Source: Mytilus trossulus
Lineage: Eukaryota
Reading direction: 5' to 3'
Assembly (NCBI RefSeq): GCF_036588685.1
Contig: NC_086382.1
Coordinates: forward strand, 32,922,001 to 32,986,000
DNA: 64,000 bases
A model generated the notes under the pieces. That model did not search any database and had not been told where the DNA came from. It saw only the letters and a program-made list of their open reading frames with translations. This document shows positions 52,029 through 64,000 of the stretch, one piece after another (the first letter of the stretch is position 1; every line of letters begins with the position of its first letter). The position numbers were made by a program, and so were the translations under genes.

Positions 52029-52846
52029 TAATAGGAAAACTATTTGATATGTGCGTACCTTGCAAGGTCCTCATGTCTGTCAGACAGTTTTCACTTGACC
52101 TCGACCTCATTTCATGGACCAGTGAACAAGGTTAAGTTTTGGTTGTCAAATCCATATCTCAGATACTATAACCAATAGGGCTTGTATATTCCGTGTATGG
52201 AAGGACTGTAAGGTGTACATGTCCAACTGGCAGGTGTCTTCTGACCTTGACCTCATTTTCATGGTTCAGTGGTTATAGTTAAGTTTTTTTGTGTTTTGGT
52301 ATGTTTTTCTCATACTAAATGCAACAGGTATACTATATTTGTTGTATGGAATGATTGTAAGGTGTACATGTCTAGCGGGCAGATGTCATGTGACCTTGAC
52401 CTCATCTTCATGGTTCAGTGGTCAAAGTTAAGTTTTTGAGTTATGGTCTTTTTATCTAATACTATATGCCATAGGTCAACTATATTTGGTGTATGGAAAT
52501 ATTTTATGATGTTTATGTCAGTCACGCAGGTTTTATTTGACCGTGACCTCAATTTCACGGTTCATTGCACAGTGTTAAGTTTTTTGTGTTTTGGTCTATT
52601 TTTCTTCAACTATAAGTAATAGGTCAACTATATATGTTGTAAAGAAGCATTGTTAGCTGTACATGTCTGCCTGGCATGGTTCATCTGACCTTGACCTCAT
52701 TTTTAAGGTTCATTGGTCTTTGTTTAGTTATCTTGATTAATGGTAAGTTTATGTGACAGTTGTAATAAAGCTTCATACTTAGGACTATCAACATAATATC
52801 AATGATTAGTACAGAAGGCGAGACAGTTCAGCGTGTGCACTCTTGT
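52029..52846 (+). mobile_element. HINE-like fragment with ~150-bp TGACCTTGACCTCATTTTCATGG tandem units
   Basis: About five units, ending AGGCGAGAC..AGCGTGTGCACTCTTGT. Confidence 0.6.
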
Positions 52847-53279
52847 GAGTAAATATCTAACATTTTGCATAATTCAGGACCTTTGCTGTAAGTGTTATGT
52901 AGAAAAATATGGTTATGTTAGACACTTGTGGATAGGGTTTTAATTTATAACTATTTTATCTTCTACTTAATAATTGATATTATATACCTGCCAGTTTAAA
53001 AAAAAATCTAATGTCAATTTTTAAGCTATCCAAAGCAGACAAAATGCATCTCTTTTACAGTTTTTTTTTTTTTAGTTTATCACTGAATGGTTTTGAATCA
53101 GTATATAGTTGTTTAAATGTAATTTTCAATACTTGGATGTTTTTTTTTAAATTTTAGTTTATTAAATTGAGAGTTTTAAGTTTTTGAGGAAACCTTGGGA
53201 ACTCCTATAAACTGGGAAAGTTGACAGGTCTTAAATTAAGTGAAAAGCTTATAATTATTCTTTTATTTTATAAATTCAG

Positions 53280-53351
53280 GTTGTTTCAATAAATCAGACC
53301 AAGCTGTGATAAATAAAACCTGTGATTTGACAGAAAAAGTTAACCAAACTT
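53280..53351 (+). CDS. Gene 5 exon 10 (72 nt): Cys domain 3, second half
   Basis: ATTCAG| (G)CFNKSDQAVINKTCDLTEKVNQT T|GTAAGT; phase 1-1. Confidence 0.88.
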
Positions 53352-53404
53352 GTAAGTATTAATTTGGACATACCTCCTGTTAGAGCAATTATATCTGTTT
53401 ATAA

Positions 53405-53975
53405 TTAGACAATATACGTATAGTGTCTTGAAATATGAAATTTATTTGTATGAGGCTTAGAAAAGGGAAAATGCAAGGTTCTACCGAGCATTTTCCTGTT
53501 ACGTGCTGAATACAAATAATTTCATATTTCAAGACACTATACGTATATTGTCTTTATACTGAAATCGAAAAAAAAAGTGAAAAATGAAAAAAAATTAGGT
53601 AACAAAAATTGTTAAAAAAAGTGATTGGAATTTCCCTCTTGGGGTACCATTTTGGGATATTTCCCTATGAGCGTAGTCCAGGCGGTAAGACATCGACATA
53701 TTAAGGAATTAGAAAGGGAAAATGAACTTAATTAATAACATTTGATAAACATGGTATATAAATAACCAATTTGAAGACATAAAAGTTTAAATTCATAAAA
53801 GTCTGACCATTGTTACTTTACGTTGTCATGGTCATGACATGACATTGTTGATGAAATACAGTAGTTCTGGTAAGAAGGGGGGGCTTATAGGTTAGTTGAG
53901 GTCATTGATGTATAAAGCTAACGTTTATACATATAGATTTATCTGTATAGTAAAATAGCTGATTGCAGTATAAAG
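53405..53975 (-). repeat. Inverted copy of the 39307-39739 repeat, with a terminal ~145-bp palindrome
   Basis: AGACAATATACGTATAGTGTCTTGAAATATGAAAT pairs with ATTTCATATTTCAAGACACTATACGTATATTGTCT. Confidence 0.75.
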
Positions 53976-54333
53976 CAATATTTATGTTTCCTTTACCAAC
54001 AACAACAATACTTTATTTTAAGAGGGTTACACAGTAAGCTATAAAACTAATCTTCCTCAGGCCCTCATCATAAAAAATCAAACGAAATGCAAACATATAC
54101 ATTCCATACATTAGTATAAAAAGTCAAGTATGATATAAATAATGTTCAATACAACTTGATAAAATGTGATGAAAAAATAAACATGATGACATGATCAGTT
54201 TTTAATATTATTTATACAGATAGGTTGATTTCAATAAATAATCTGTATTTATAAGAATTAATATTTGTCTCTCATTTTTCTGGCATATGCAATATCATTA
54301 TTGAACCATTCAGGACCTGAGGTTGTCTGTCTC

Positions 54334-57300
54334 TTTTTAGCTCACCTGGCCTAAAAGGCCATGTGAGCTTTTCTCATCACTTGGCGTCCGTCGTCGTCTG
54401 TCGTCGTTAACAATTTTTCAAACATCTTCTTCTCTGAAGCTACTGAATGGATTTGGATGAAACTTAGCATGATTGTTCCTTAGAGTATCCTGCACAAAGT
54501 GTGTGCTTTGATTTTTGATCTGTCAAAAAACATGGCCGCCGTTACTAAAAATAGAACATAGGGGTCAAATGCAGTTTTTGGCTTATATCTCAAAAACTAA
54601 AGCATTTAGAGCAAATCTGACATGGGGTAAAAATGTTCATTAGCTGAAGATCTATCAGCCCTGAAATTTTCAGATGAATCAAACAAACCATTGTTGGGTT
54701 GCTGCCACTTAATTGGTAATTTTAAGGAAATTTTGCAGTTTTTATACGACCGCTCCTCGTATATTGCTATCACGTTGGCGTCGTCGTCGTCGTCGTCGTC
54801 GTCCGAATACTTTCAGTTTTCGCACTCTAACTTTAGTAAAAGTGAATAGAAATCTATGAAATTTTAGCACAAGGTTTATGACCATAAAAGGAAGGCTGGT
54901 ATTGATTTTGGGAGTTTTGGTCCCAACATTTTAGGAATTAGGGGCCAAAAAGGGCCCAAATAAGCATTTTCTTGGTTTTCGCACTATAACTTTAGTTTTA
55001 GTTAATAGAAATCTATGAAATTTTGACACAAGGTTTATGACCACAAAAGAAAGGTTGGGATTGATTTTGGGAGTTTTGGTTTCAACAGTTTAGGAATTAG
55101 GGGCCAACAAAGGGCCCAAATAAGCATTATTCTTGGTTTTCACACAATAACTTTAGTTAAAGTAAATAGAAATCAATGAAATTTAAACACAATGTTTATG
55201 ACCACAAAAGGAAGGTTGGTATTGATTTTGGGAGTTTCGGTCCTAACAGTTTAGGAATTAGGGGCCAAAAAGGGACCCAAATAAGCATTGTTCTTGGTTT
55301 TCGCACCATAGCGTTAGTATAAGTAAATAGATATCTATGAAATTTAAACACAAGGTTTATGACTATAAAAGAAAGGTTGATATTGATTTTGGGAGTTTTG
55401 GTCCCAACAGTTAAGGAAAAAGGGGCCCAAAGGGTCAAAAATTAAACTTTGTTTGATTTCATCAAAATTGAATAATTGGGGTTCTTTAATATGCCGAATC
55501 TAACTGTGTATGTAGATTCTTAATTTTTGGTCCCGTTTTCAAATTGGTCTACATTAAGGTCCAAAGGGTCCAAAATTAAACTTAGTTTGATTTTAACAAA
55601 AATTGAAACCTTGGGGTTCTTTGATATGCTGAAACTAAAAACGTACTTAGATTTTTGATTATTGGCCCAGTTTTCAAGTTGGCCCAAATCGAGATCCAAA
55701 ATTAAACATTGTTTGATTTCATTAAAAATTGAATAATTGAGGTTCTTTGATATGCCAAATCTAACTGTGTATGTAGATTCTTAATTTTTGGTCCAGTTTT
55801 AAAATTGGTCTAAATTAAAGTGCAAAGGGTCCAAAATTAAACTAAGTTTGATTTTAACAAAAATTAAATTCTTGGGCCTCTTTGATATGCTGAATCTAAA
55901 CATGTACTTAAATTTTTGATTATGGGTCCAGTTTTCAAGTTTGTCCAAATCAGGATCTAAAATTATTATATTAAGTATTGTGCAATAGCAAGTCTTTTCA
56001 ATTGCACAGTATTGTGCAATGGCAAGAAATATCTAATTTCACAATATTGTGAAATAGCAAATTTTTTTTAAATTAAGAGTTATCTTTCTTTGTCCAGTAT
56101 AGTAAGCAAGAAATATCTGCAAGATTTTTTTTTAATTGGAGTTATCTTTCTTTGTCCAGAATCAACTTAAATCTTTGTTATATACAATATACAATGTATA
56201 TTCACTTTTTACTACCAACTGATAAATTTAAATAATCTTTACCATTCAGTGATAACAAGCAGTTTTTTTACATCTTAATATTTTATGATGTATTTAAATG
56301 AGTAGTAATTGTTGCAAACTCCATTAGAATATTTTAATTGAAATTAGTTTTGGAATAAGGGAAAGGGGGATGTGATTAAAGAATTGGGTTCAATTTTTCT
56401 CATTTGAAATTTCATAAATAAAAAGAAAATTTCTTCAAACATTTTTTTGAGAGGATTAATATTCAACAGCATAGTGAATTGCTCTAAGAGAAAACAAAAA
56501 TTTTAAGTTCATTTGAATACATTCATTCTGTGTCAGAAACCTATGCTGTGTCAACTATTTAATCACAATCCAAATTTAGAGCGGAATCCAGCTTGAATGT
56601 TGTGTCCATACTTGCCCCAACCGTTCAGGGTTCAACCTCTGCGGTCGTATAAAGCTACGCCCTGCGGAGCATCTGGTTGGTCATTATCTTGAATATTATT
56701 ATAGATAAAGATAAACTGTAAACAGCAAAAATGATCAGCAAAGTAAGATCTACAAATAAGTTAATATGACAAAAATTGTCAATTGACCCCTTAAGGGGTT
56801 ATTGTCCTTTAATGACAATTTTTCACAATTTATTCATCATATTTGCTGACTTTAAAAAATCTTCTCCTCTGAAACTACTGAATGGATTTGGATGAAACTT
56901 AGCATGATTGTTCCTTAGATTATCCTGCACAAAGTGTGTGCTTCGATTTTTGATCCATCAAAAAACATGGCCGCCGTTACTAAAAATAGAACATAGGGGT
57001 CAAATGCAGTTTTTGGCTTATATCTCAAAAACTAAAGCATTTAGAGCAAATCTGACATGGGGTAAAAATGTTCATTAGCTGAAGATCTATCAGCCCTGAA
57101 ATTTTCAGATGAATCAAACAAACCATTGTTGGGTTGCTGCCACTTAATTGGTAATTTTAAGGAAATTATGCAGTTTTTGGTCATTATCTTGAATATTATT
57201 ATAGATACAGATAAACTGTTAACATCAAAAATTATTAGCAAAGTAAGATCTACAAATAAGTTAATATGACCAAAATTGTCAACTGACCCCTTAAGGGGTT

Positions 57301-58643
57301 ATTGTCCTTTAATGACAATTTTTCACAATTTGTTCATCATATTTGCTAACTTTAAAAAATCTTCTCCTCTGAAACTACTGAATGGATTTGGATGAAACTT
57401 AGTATGATTGTTCCTTAGATTATTCTGCACTAAATGTGTGCTTCGATTTTTGATCCATAAAAAAACATGGCCGCCGTTACTTAAAATAGAACATAGGGGT
57501 CAAATGCAGTTTTTGGCTTATATCTCAAAAATGAAAGCATTTAGAGCAAATCTGAGATGGAGTTAAAATGTTCATTAGGTCAATATGTATCAGCCCTGAA
57601 ATTTTCAGATGAATCAAACAACCCATTGTTGGGTTGCTGCCACTTAATTGGTAATTTTAAGGAAATTTTGCAGTTTTTGGTCATTATCTTGAATATTATT
57701 ATAGATAAAGATAAACTGTAAATAGTAAAAATGATCAGCAAAGTAAGATCTACAAATAAGTCATTTGATCAAAATTGTCAATTGACCCCTTAAGGGGCTA
57801 TTGTCCTTTAATGACAATTTTTCACAATTTATTCATCATATTTGCTGACTTTAAAAAATCTTCTCCTCTGAAACTACTGAATGGATTTGGATGAAACTTA
57901 GTATGATTGTTCCTTAGATTATTCTGCACTAAGTGTGTGCTTCGATTTTTGATCCATCAAAAAACATGGCCGCCGTTACTTAAAATAGAACATAGGGGTC
58001 AAATGCAGTTTGGCTTATATCTCAAAAATGAAAGCATTAAGAGCAAATCTGAGATGGAGTTAAAATGTTCATTAGGTCAATATGTATCAGCCCTGAAATT
58101 TTCAGATGAATCAAACCACCCATTGTTGGGTTGCTGCCACTTAATTGGTAATTTTAAGGAAATTTTGCGGTTTTTGGTCATTATCTTGAATATTATTATA
58201 GATACAGATAAACTGTTAATAGCAAAAATGTTAAGCAAAGTAAGATCTACAAATAAGTCAATTTGATCAAAATTGTCAATTGACCTCTTATGAAGTTATT
58301 GCCCTTTAAAGACTTTTTTCACAATTTGTTCATCATGTTGACTTACTTTAAAAATCTTCTCCTTTGAAACTGCTGTATCAATTTCAGCCAAACTTAGGCT
58401 AAATGAGTTTCAGAGTTTCAGAGTATCTAGTATAAATTTTATATTTCATTTCCTTGTATATCAAGAAACATAGCTCCTATGGCTAAAATAGAACATAGGA
58501 GAAAATATTTTTTTTTTGCTTTTGAAGATAATATGATGATTCAAAGAACATTTAAATAAATTGAAAAGCCAAAATAATGATTGATGAGAGATTAAACCAA
58601 AAAAAATCAGGTGAGCGATTCAGGCTCTTGAGAGCCTCTTGTT
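54334..58643 (+). mobile_element. HINE-like family 1 element with ~500-bp tandem units, interrupted by a family 2 element
   Basis: TTTTTAGCTCACCTGGCC ... CAGGTGAGCGATTCAGGCTCTTGAGAGCCTCTTGTT. Confidence 0.8.
54739..56678 (+). mobile_element. Full-length HINE-like family 2 element nested in family 1
   Basis: The host unit GCAGTTTTTGGTCATTATC is split into GCAGTTTTT-[element]-GGTCATTATC. Confidence 0.85.
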
Positions 58644-58829
58644 ACTCTTTTAGTAACAATTGGTGCATGTTTATCTAGAACTGCATTAGATATGTCACAC
58701 CACATCTGAATACATGTATTTGGCTGACTTTCATGATAAAACTCCAGTAGCAGTTATTTAAAGCAGTTGAAATGCTGTGTTAATCAAGTAATTTAAATTT
58801 ATTTTTATGAAATTTATATCAGGAGATGT

Positions 58830-61800
58830 CAGGGCCGTAACTAGCCTCGTCTAATAGTGAGGCAAATATATATACGCCGAGCAGATCGAGGCAAAAAAAA
58901 TTGGCGAGGGGTCTGGGGACCGCTTAAGGCCCCCACAAGCTCTGAGAAAAATAACGCAAAATCGTGCATTCTGAGAGTTTCCAGAACTCTTTCTGACATT
59001 GAAACGCAATTAATTTTTAGCTAATTTTCTGACAATATTCTGGTCTCAACGCAAAACCATAGATTCATTTCAATTTAAGACATTTTGGTTTTATGGACAA
59101 CATTTAAAGACAGATATAAAATTGAGAATGGAAAGAGACAGCAACCCGACCATAGAATAGACAACAGCATAAGTTCACCAACAAGTCTTCAATGACCTCT
59201 TCAATACAGCGAGAGATTTCCGCACCCCGAGGCGTCTTTCAGCTGGCCCCTAACAAATATGTATACTAGTTCAGTGGTAACAAACACCATACTTAACTCC
59301 AAATTGTTCACAAGAAATTAAAATTAAAAATGATACAAGACTAACAAAGGCTAGAGGCTCCTGACTTGGGACAGGCACAAACATGCGGCGGGGTTAAACA
59401 TGTTTATGAGTTATCAACCCTCCCTCTATACCTCTAGTCAATGTAGAAAAGTAGGATAAAGCAAAAATCGTAATTCTCATAATCATTTATTCCGGATCTC
59501 TCCGTCTGTTCTGGTCTTATATTGTGCTTAGACTTTGGTGATTTTTTTATGACTAGATTTAAATATAGTGACAGTGCAGTATCATACTTTAAGTACTAGT
59601 ATACTGCTTAAGTCAACACTAGGGACCATCTTGACCCTGTTTTACGGTATTAATGATTCTTTTATTGTTGAAGACCCTCCAGCAACTTTGACCATTGATC
59701 ATTAGTATCTTATCTATGCATCAACTTTGTGTGCGATTAGGTTTCGTGCACATTTACTCAATATTCCTTTATTTTCTGTTAAAGGGTCTGAAAATGGAAG
59801 TTAATGCAAGTTTAACCCTTCAATGTAAAAAGTCATATGATTGGTTTTTTTTCAAATTATTTGATACCTGGAAATTGGTGACCTTACTTATTTAGCTATT
59901 TAGTTTTATCTACCAAAAAAAAAAGCCAGTTTTTATACGGCTGCAAAATTTGAAAAATTTTTCGTCGTATATTGCTATCATACTGGCGTCGTCGTCGTCG
60001 TCCAAATACTTTTAGTTTTCGCACTCTAACTTTAGTAAAAGTGAATAGAAATCTATGAAATTTTAACACAAGGTTTATGACCACAAAAGGAAGGTTGTTA
60101 TTGATTTTGGGAGTTTTGGTCCCAACAGTATAGGAATTAGGGGCCAAAAAGGGCCCAAATAAGCATTTTCTTGGTTTTCGCACTATAACTTTAGTATAAG
60201 TAAATAGAAATCTATGAAATTTAAACACAAGGTTTATGATCATAAAAGGAAGGTTGGTATTGATTTTGGGAGTTTTGGTCCCAACAGTTTAGGAATAAGG
60301 GGCTCAAAGGGTCCAAAATTAAACTTTGTTTGATTTCATCAAAATTGAATAATTGGGGTTCTTTGATATGCTGAATCTAACTGTGTATGTAAATTCTGAA
60401 CTTTTGGTCCCGTTTTCAAATTGGTCTACATTAAGGTCCAAAGGGTCCAAAAAAATGAATTGGTTGGGTTCTTTGATATGCTGAATCTAAAAATGTACTT
60501 AGATTCTTGATTATTGGCCCCGTTTTCAAGTTGGTCCAAATCGGGGTCCAAAATTAAACTTTGTTTAATTTCATCAAAAATTGAATAAATGGGGTTCTTT
60601 GATATGCCAAATCTAACTGTGTATGTAGATTCTTCATTTTTGGTCCTGTTTTCAAATTGGTCTACATTAAAGTCCAAAGGGTCCAAAATAAAACTTAGTT
60701 TGATTTTAACAAAAATTGAAATCTTGGGGTTCTTTGATATGCTGAATCCAAACATGTACTTAGATTTTTGATTATGGGCCCAGTTTTTAAGGTGGTCCAA
60801 ATCAGGATCTAAAATTATTATATTAAGTATTGTTCAATAGCAAGTCTTTTCAATTGCACAGTATTGCGCAATGGCAAGAAATTTCTAATTGCACAATATT
60901 GTGAAATAGCAATTTTTTTTTTAAATAGAGTTATCTTTCTTTGTCCAGAATCAACAAGAAATATCTAATTTCACAATATTGTGCAATAGCAAGAATTTTT
61001 TTTAATTGGAGTTATCTTTCTTTGTCCAGAATCAACTTAAATCTTTGTTATATACAATATACAATGTATATTGTATATAACAAAGATGTTTCTTTTTTCT
61101 AAATGTAGCCTTTATTAAAATTGTTACATTTTTTGTAGGCTAAAAGATTTGCAGAAGGGGTTTTCACACATGATTACCCAAAACCAGAATGTCTTTCATG
61201 TTATGAACCAAATATACAATGTATATTCACTTTTTACTACCAACTGATAAATTAAAATAATCTTTACCATTCAGTGATAACAAGCAGTTTTTTTACATCT
61301 TAATATATTATGATGTATTTAAATGAGTAGTTATTGTTGCAAACTCCATTAGAAATTTTAATTGAGATTAGTTTTGGAATAAGGGAAAGGGGGATGTGAT
61401 TAAAAAAAATTGGGTTCAATTTTTCTCATTTGAAAATTCATAAATAAAAAGAAAATTTCTTCAAACATTTTTTTGAGAGGATTAATATTCAACAGCATAG
61501 TGAATTGCTCTAAGAGAAAACAAAAATTTAAAGTTCATTAGAACACATTCATTCTGTGTCAGAAACCTATGCTGTGTCAACTATTTAATCACAATCCAAA
61601 TTTAGAGCTGAATCCAGCTTGAATGTTGTGTCCATACTTGCCCCAACCATTCAGGGTTCAACCTCTGCGGTCGTATAAAGCTACGCCCTGCGGAGCATCT
61701 GGTTTATTCTTTGATATCAAGTTTAATTCTCCATGCAGAAAAGACCATTTTTTTCTGTGTCTTGTTATTCTTGTAGCATCGTATATTCTTAAAAGATCTG

Positions 61801-62175
61801 AAAATATTTTCTCGCACAATATCTGGACATCGGTGGACATGCAACATTGCAAAACCACACGTTTACAAAGAAAAATCAACACTCAGACTATAGTCATAAA
61901 GTAGGACAATAAATGAACAAATGACAAACCCGGGACACAGACTGAGTACAAACAGTAGACCATCAACTCAGAAAACTTACAGTAAAAAAGAAACATGGAT
62001 AACAAAAAACATGCTGGGGCGACACCAGAGAGTGAAGAGAACTTGCTTCTTGCTAGACACTTTCCGTGAAAACAATTCGATATTAAGACAATCTTTTGTT
62101 TCAGTTTTTTCTCTTTTTTTTAAATTTCTAACATGAGGCATTTGCCTCATTTGCCTCAATGTAGTTACGGCCCTG
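58830..62175. mobile_element. Non-autonomous TIR element with 5-bp TSD, carrying nested insertions
   Basis: Perfect 14-bp TIRs CAGGGCCGTAACTA and TAGTTACGGCCCTG, with GATGT on both sides. Confidence 0.8.
59930..61704 (+). mobile_element. HINE-like family 2 element
   Basis: Same head and tail as 54739-56678. Confidence 0.85.
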
Positions 62176-62784
62176 GATGTCTTGGAAAAGTTTGATTTGG
62201 GGGGGGGGGGGATTTTTCAAAGAAGCTGTGTCACCTAGAAAAATAAATTGTATGGAAACTTGTATTAAAATCATCTAAATGTACACAAAGGTTGATGTAA
62301 GCAATTATAGACAACCATACCACCTTCAACAATAAAAAAATACTATATTGTATAGTTGACTTTGAAAGATGCGAAATAATTCAAATGAGAAAAGTTACAG
62401 CCTATTTTATAAAAAAACAATTTACAAAACATATATAATAAGTCTAGGAGTATTATGAAATTAATTTCAAAGGTTTACTGAAGATTTATTGATATTCTTT
62501 GAATATTTATTGGAATTTGTGGGTACATGGGAACCACATATTCAAATGGTGAACGAATTACAAATTTTACAAGGGAATGTAGGCAGACTTTAACAAAACT
62601 ACCAAATTAAATACCTATAAACATGCCAGTTTACAATAAATAAAAGAATCAGCAAAATTTGAGAGGACTTAGAAAATGTTCCAATCAATTATTTTTTACT
62701 TGTTTGATTAGTGATATTCATTGCGGATATAGATTATCTGGTAAATTGTATTGTAAGCACTCTAAAGCCCACTGCTATGAAACT

Positions 62785-63075
62785 TTTTTATGCCACAATT
62801 ATGGGCATTATGTTTTTTGGTCTGTGCATCCATTTGTCCGTCCGTTTGTTTAGCTGTCATTCCTTCGTCCATCTGTCCTGCTTCAGGTTAAGTTTTTGGT
62901 CAAGGTAGTTTTTGATGAAGTTGAAGTCAAATCAACTTGAAACTTAGTACACATGTTCCTTATGATGTGATATTTCTAATTTTAATGCCAAATTAGAGTT
63001 TTTACTCTACTTTCATGAAACATAGAAAATGATAATGCAGATGGGGCATTCATGTACTAGGGACATATTCTTGTT
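62785..63075 (+). mobile_element. Short HINE/DINE-like element
   Basis: TTTTTATGCCAC..(GTCC-like)n..TGGGGCAT..GGACATATTCTTGTT. Confidence 0.6.
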
Positions 63076-63463
63076 TACAGGTGTTATGCCTCTTGGAAAT
63101 TAAAAATTTTATGGAAAATATTGCTATCTCTAAAGCAATCTTTTGCCATTGCTTTTTAAAATATATTTAACCCTTACCATTTTGGAACAGTAATATAACT
63201 GCCTTACCCAAAATGATAGTATTTGCGGCAATAATAATAATTGCCTCCAATGGTTCTCCATACTTCAAGAGATTAATAAGATACAATTTTAAGGTTTAAG
63301 GCACATTTTGAGCTCGCGTACGATCTTGGAAAATTGAAATCAGATAAGAATTTAGTATGACAATGTGTTTATTCCTTTTTTGATGGAAGGAGACTCCCTA
63401 TTATATATATGGTACAAATTTAATGATAACAAATATTTAAAGAGATTTTATATTTATTGCTAG

Positions 63464-63490
63464 GTGATGCAACACCAGTTGGTCCTACAG
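63464..63490 (+). CDS. Gene 5 exon 11 (27-nt micro-exon): (C)DATPVGPT; the gene continues beyond the window
   Basis: TATTTATTGCTAG| GTGATGCAACACCAGTTGGTCCTACAG |GTAAGT. Completes Cys 8 of domain 3. Confidence 0.8.
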
Positions 63491-64000
63491 GTAAGTGATG
63501 TGGTAGAAACAATTACAAGGGAGGTAATCAGAAATGTTTAAAAGGGAGGTTATCATAAACATATATAAGGAAGGTAATCATAATCATCAACAAGGGAGGT
63601 AATAGACTATTTTCATATTACCGACTTTTGACTCAAACAATTTGAGGGGAAATTTTACTATTCAGATGCATTTCTCTTGTAAAGAGAATACAAAGCAGTA
63701 AATTTTCCCAGAGAATTGTAAAGATTGAAAGCTTAATGTTACTTTTGTACCTTGCTCTAACTTGACTTTGGTCCCAGGATGTCCTAGGTAACCTGTCCAA
63801 AAATAAAAACTTTGAAAAATTAGTCTTATTTTAACATTTACAAGGGAGGTAATCGTAAACATTTACAAGGGAGGTAATGAGTAGTTTAAATACAGGTTTT
63901 AGATAACCATAAGTTTTGATGGGTGTAGCTATTTTATGATGATAACATGGTATTCAGAAGAGTATGACTTCAACATGCTGATGACATCATGATAGATATG

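Noticed and set aside
44273-61904. Recurrent 60-124-aa ORFs (MVINLV.., MDQLENW.., MGFFDMP..)
   Set aside because: Chance frames within non-autonomous HINE-like repeats. No Rep/helicase or transposase motifs.

Overview
AT-rich eukaryotic (invertebrate) genomic DNA. The dispersed repeat families look like those of a mytilid bivalve (Mytilus-like; this is an inference). All credible protein-coding content is on the + strand and is spliced, so the ORF track captures only fragments. I reconstructed by hand a head-to-tail cluster of five genes of the CD164/endolyn - porimin (TMEM123) sialomucin type. Genes 1-4 are compact two-exon genes: a signal-peptide exon, a phase-1 intron, then one exon with a Thr/Ser/Pro-rich mucin stalk, an F-x-x-x-[ST]-F-x-x-G juxtamembrane motif, a TM helix and a short Tyr-motif tail. 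Their models are join(676..751,2167..3674), join(8484..8550,9730..10262), join(17330..17369,18388..18923) and join(22202..22295,23367..23749). Gene 5 starts at 25949 and runs off the window end. It has at least 11 exons with only phase-1 introns, including 9-, 9-, 18- and 27-nt micro-exons, and encodes a signal peptide plus three tandem 8-Cys, heavily N-glycosylated CD164/PSI-like domains. Skipping the first 9-nt exon creates an in-frame stop. Non-coding DNA contains four type I hammerhead ribozyme motifs in ~360-bp retrozyme-like repeats, a tRNA-derived SINE, a Tc1 relic, a 9-bp-TSD foldback element just upstream of gene 5, nested Helentron-associated (HINE-like) elements, several MITEs, minisatellites, and a GA microsatellite with an assembly gap. 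Gene models come from splice consensus and frame continuity only; no transcript or database evidence was available.
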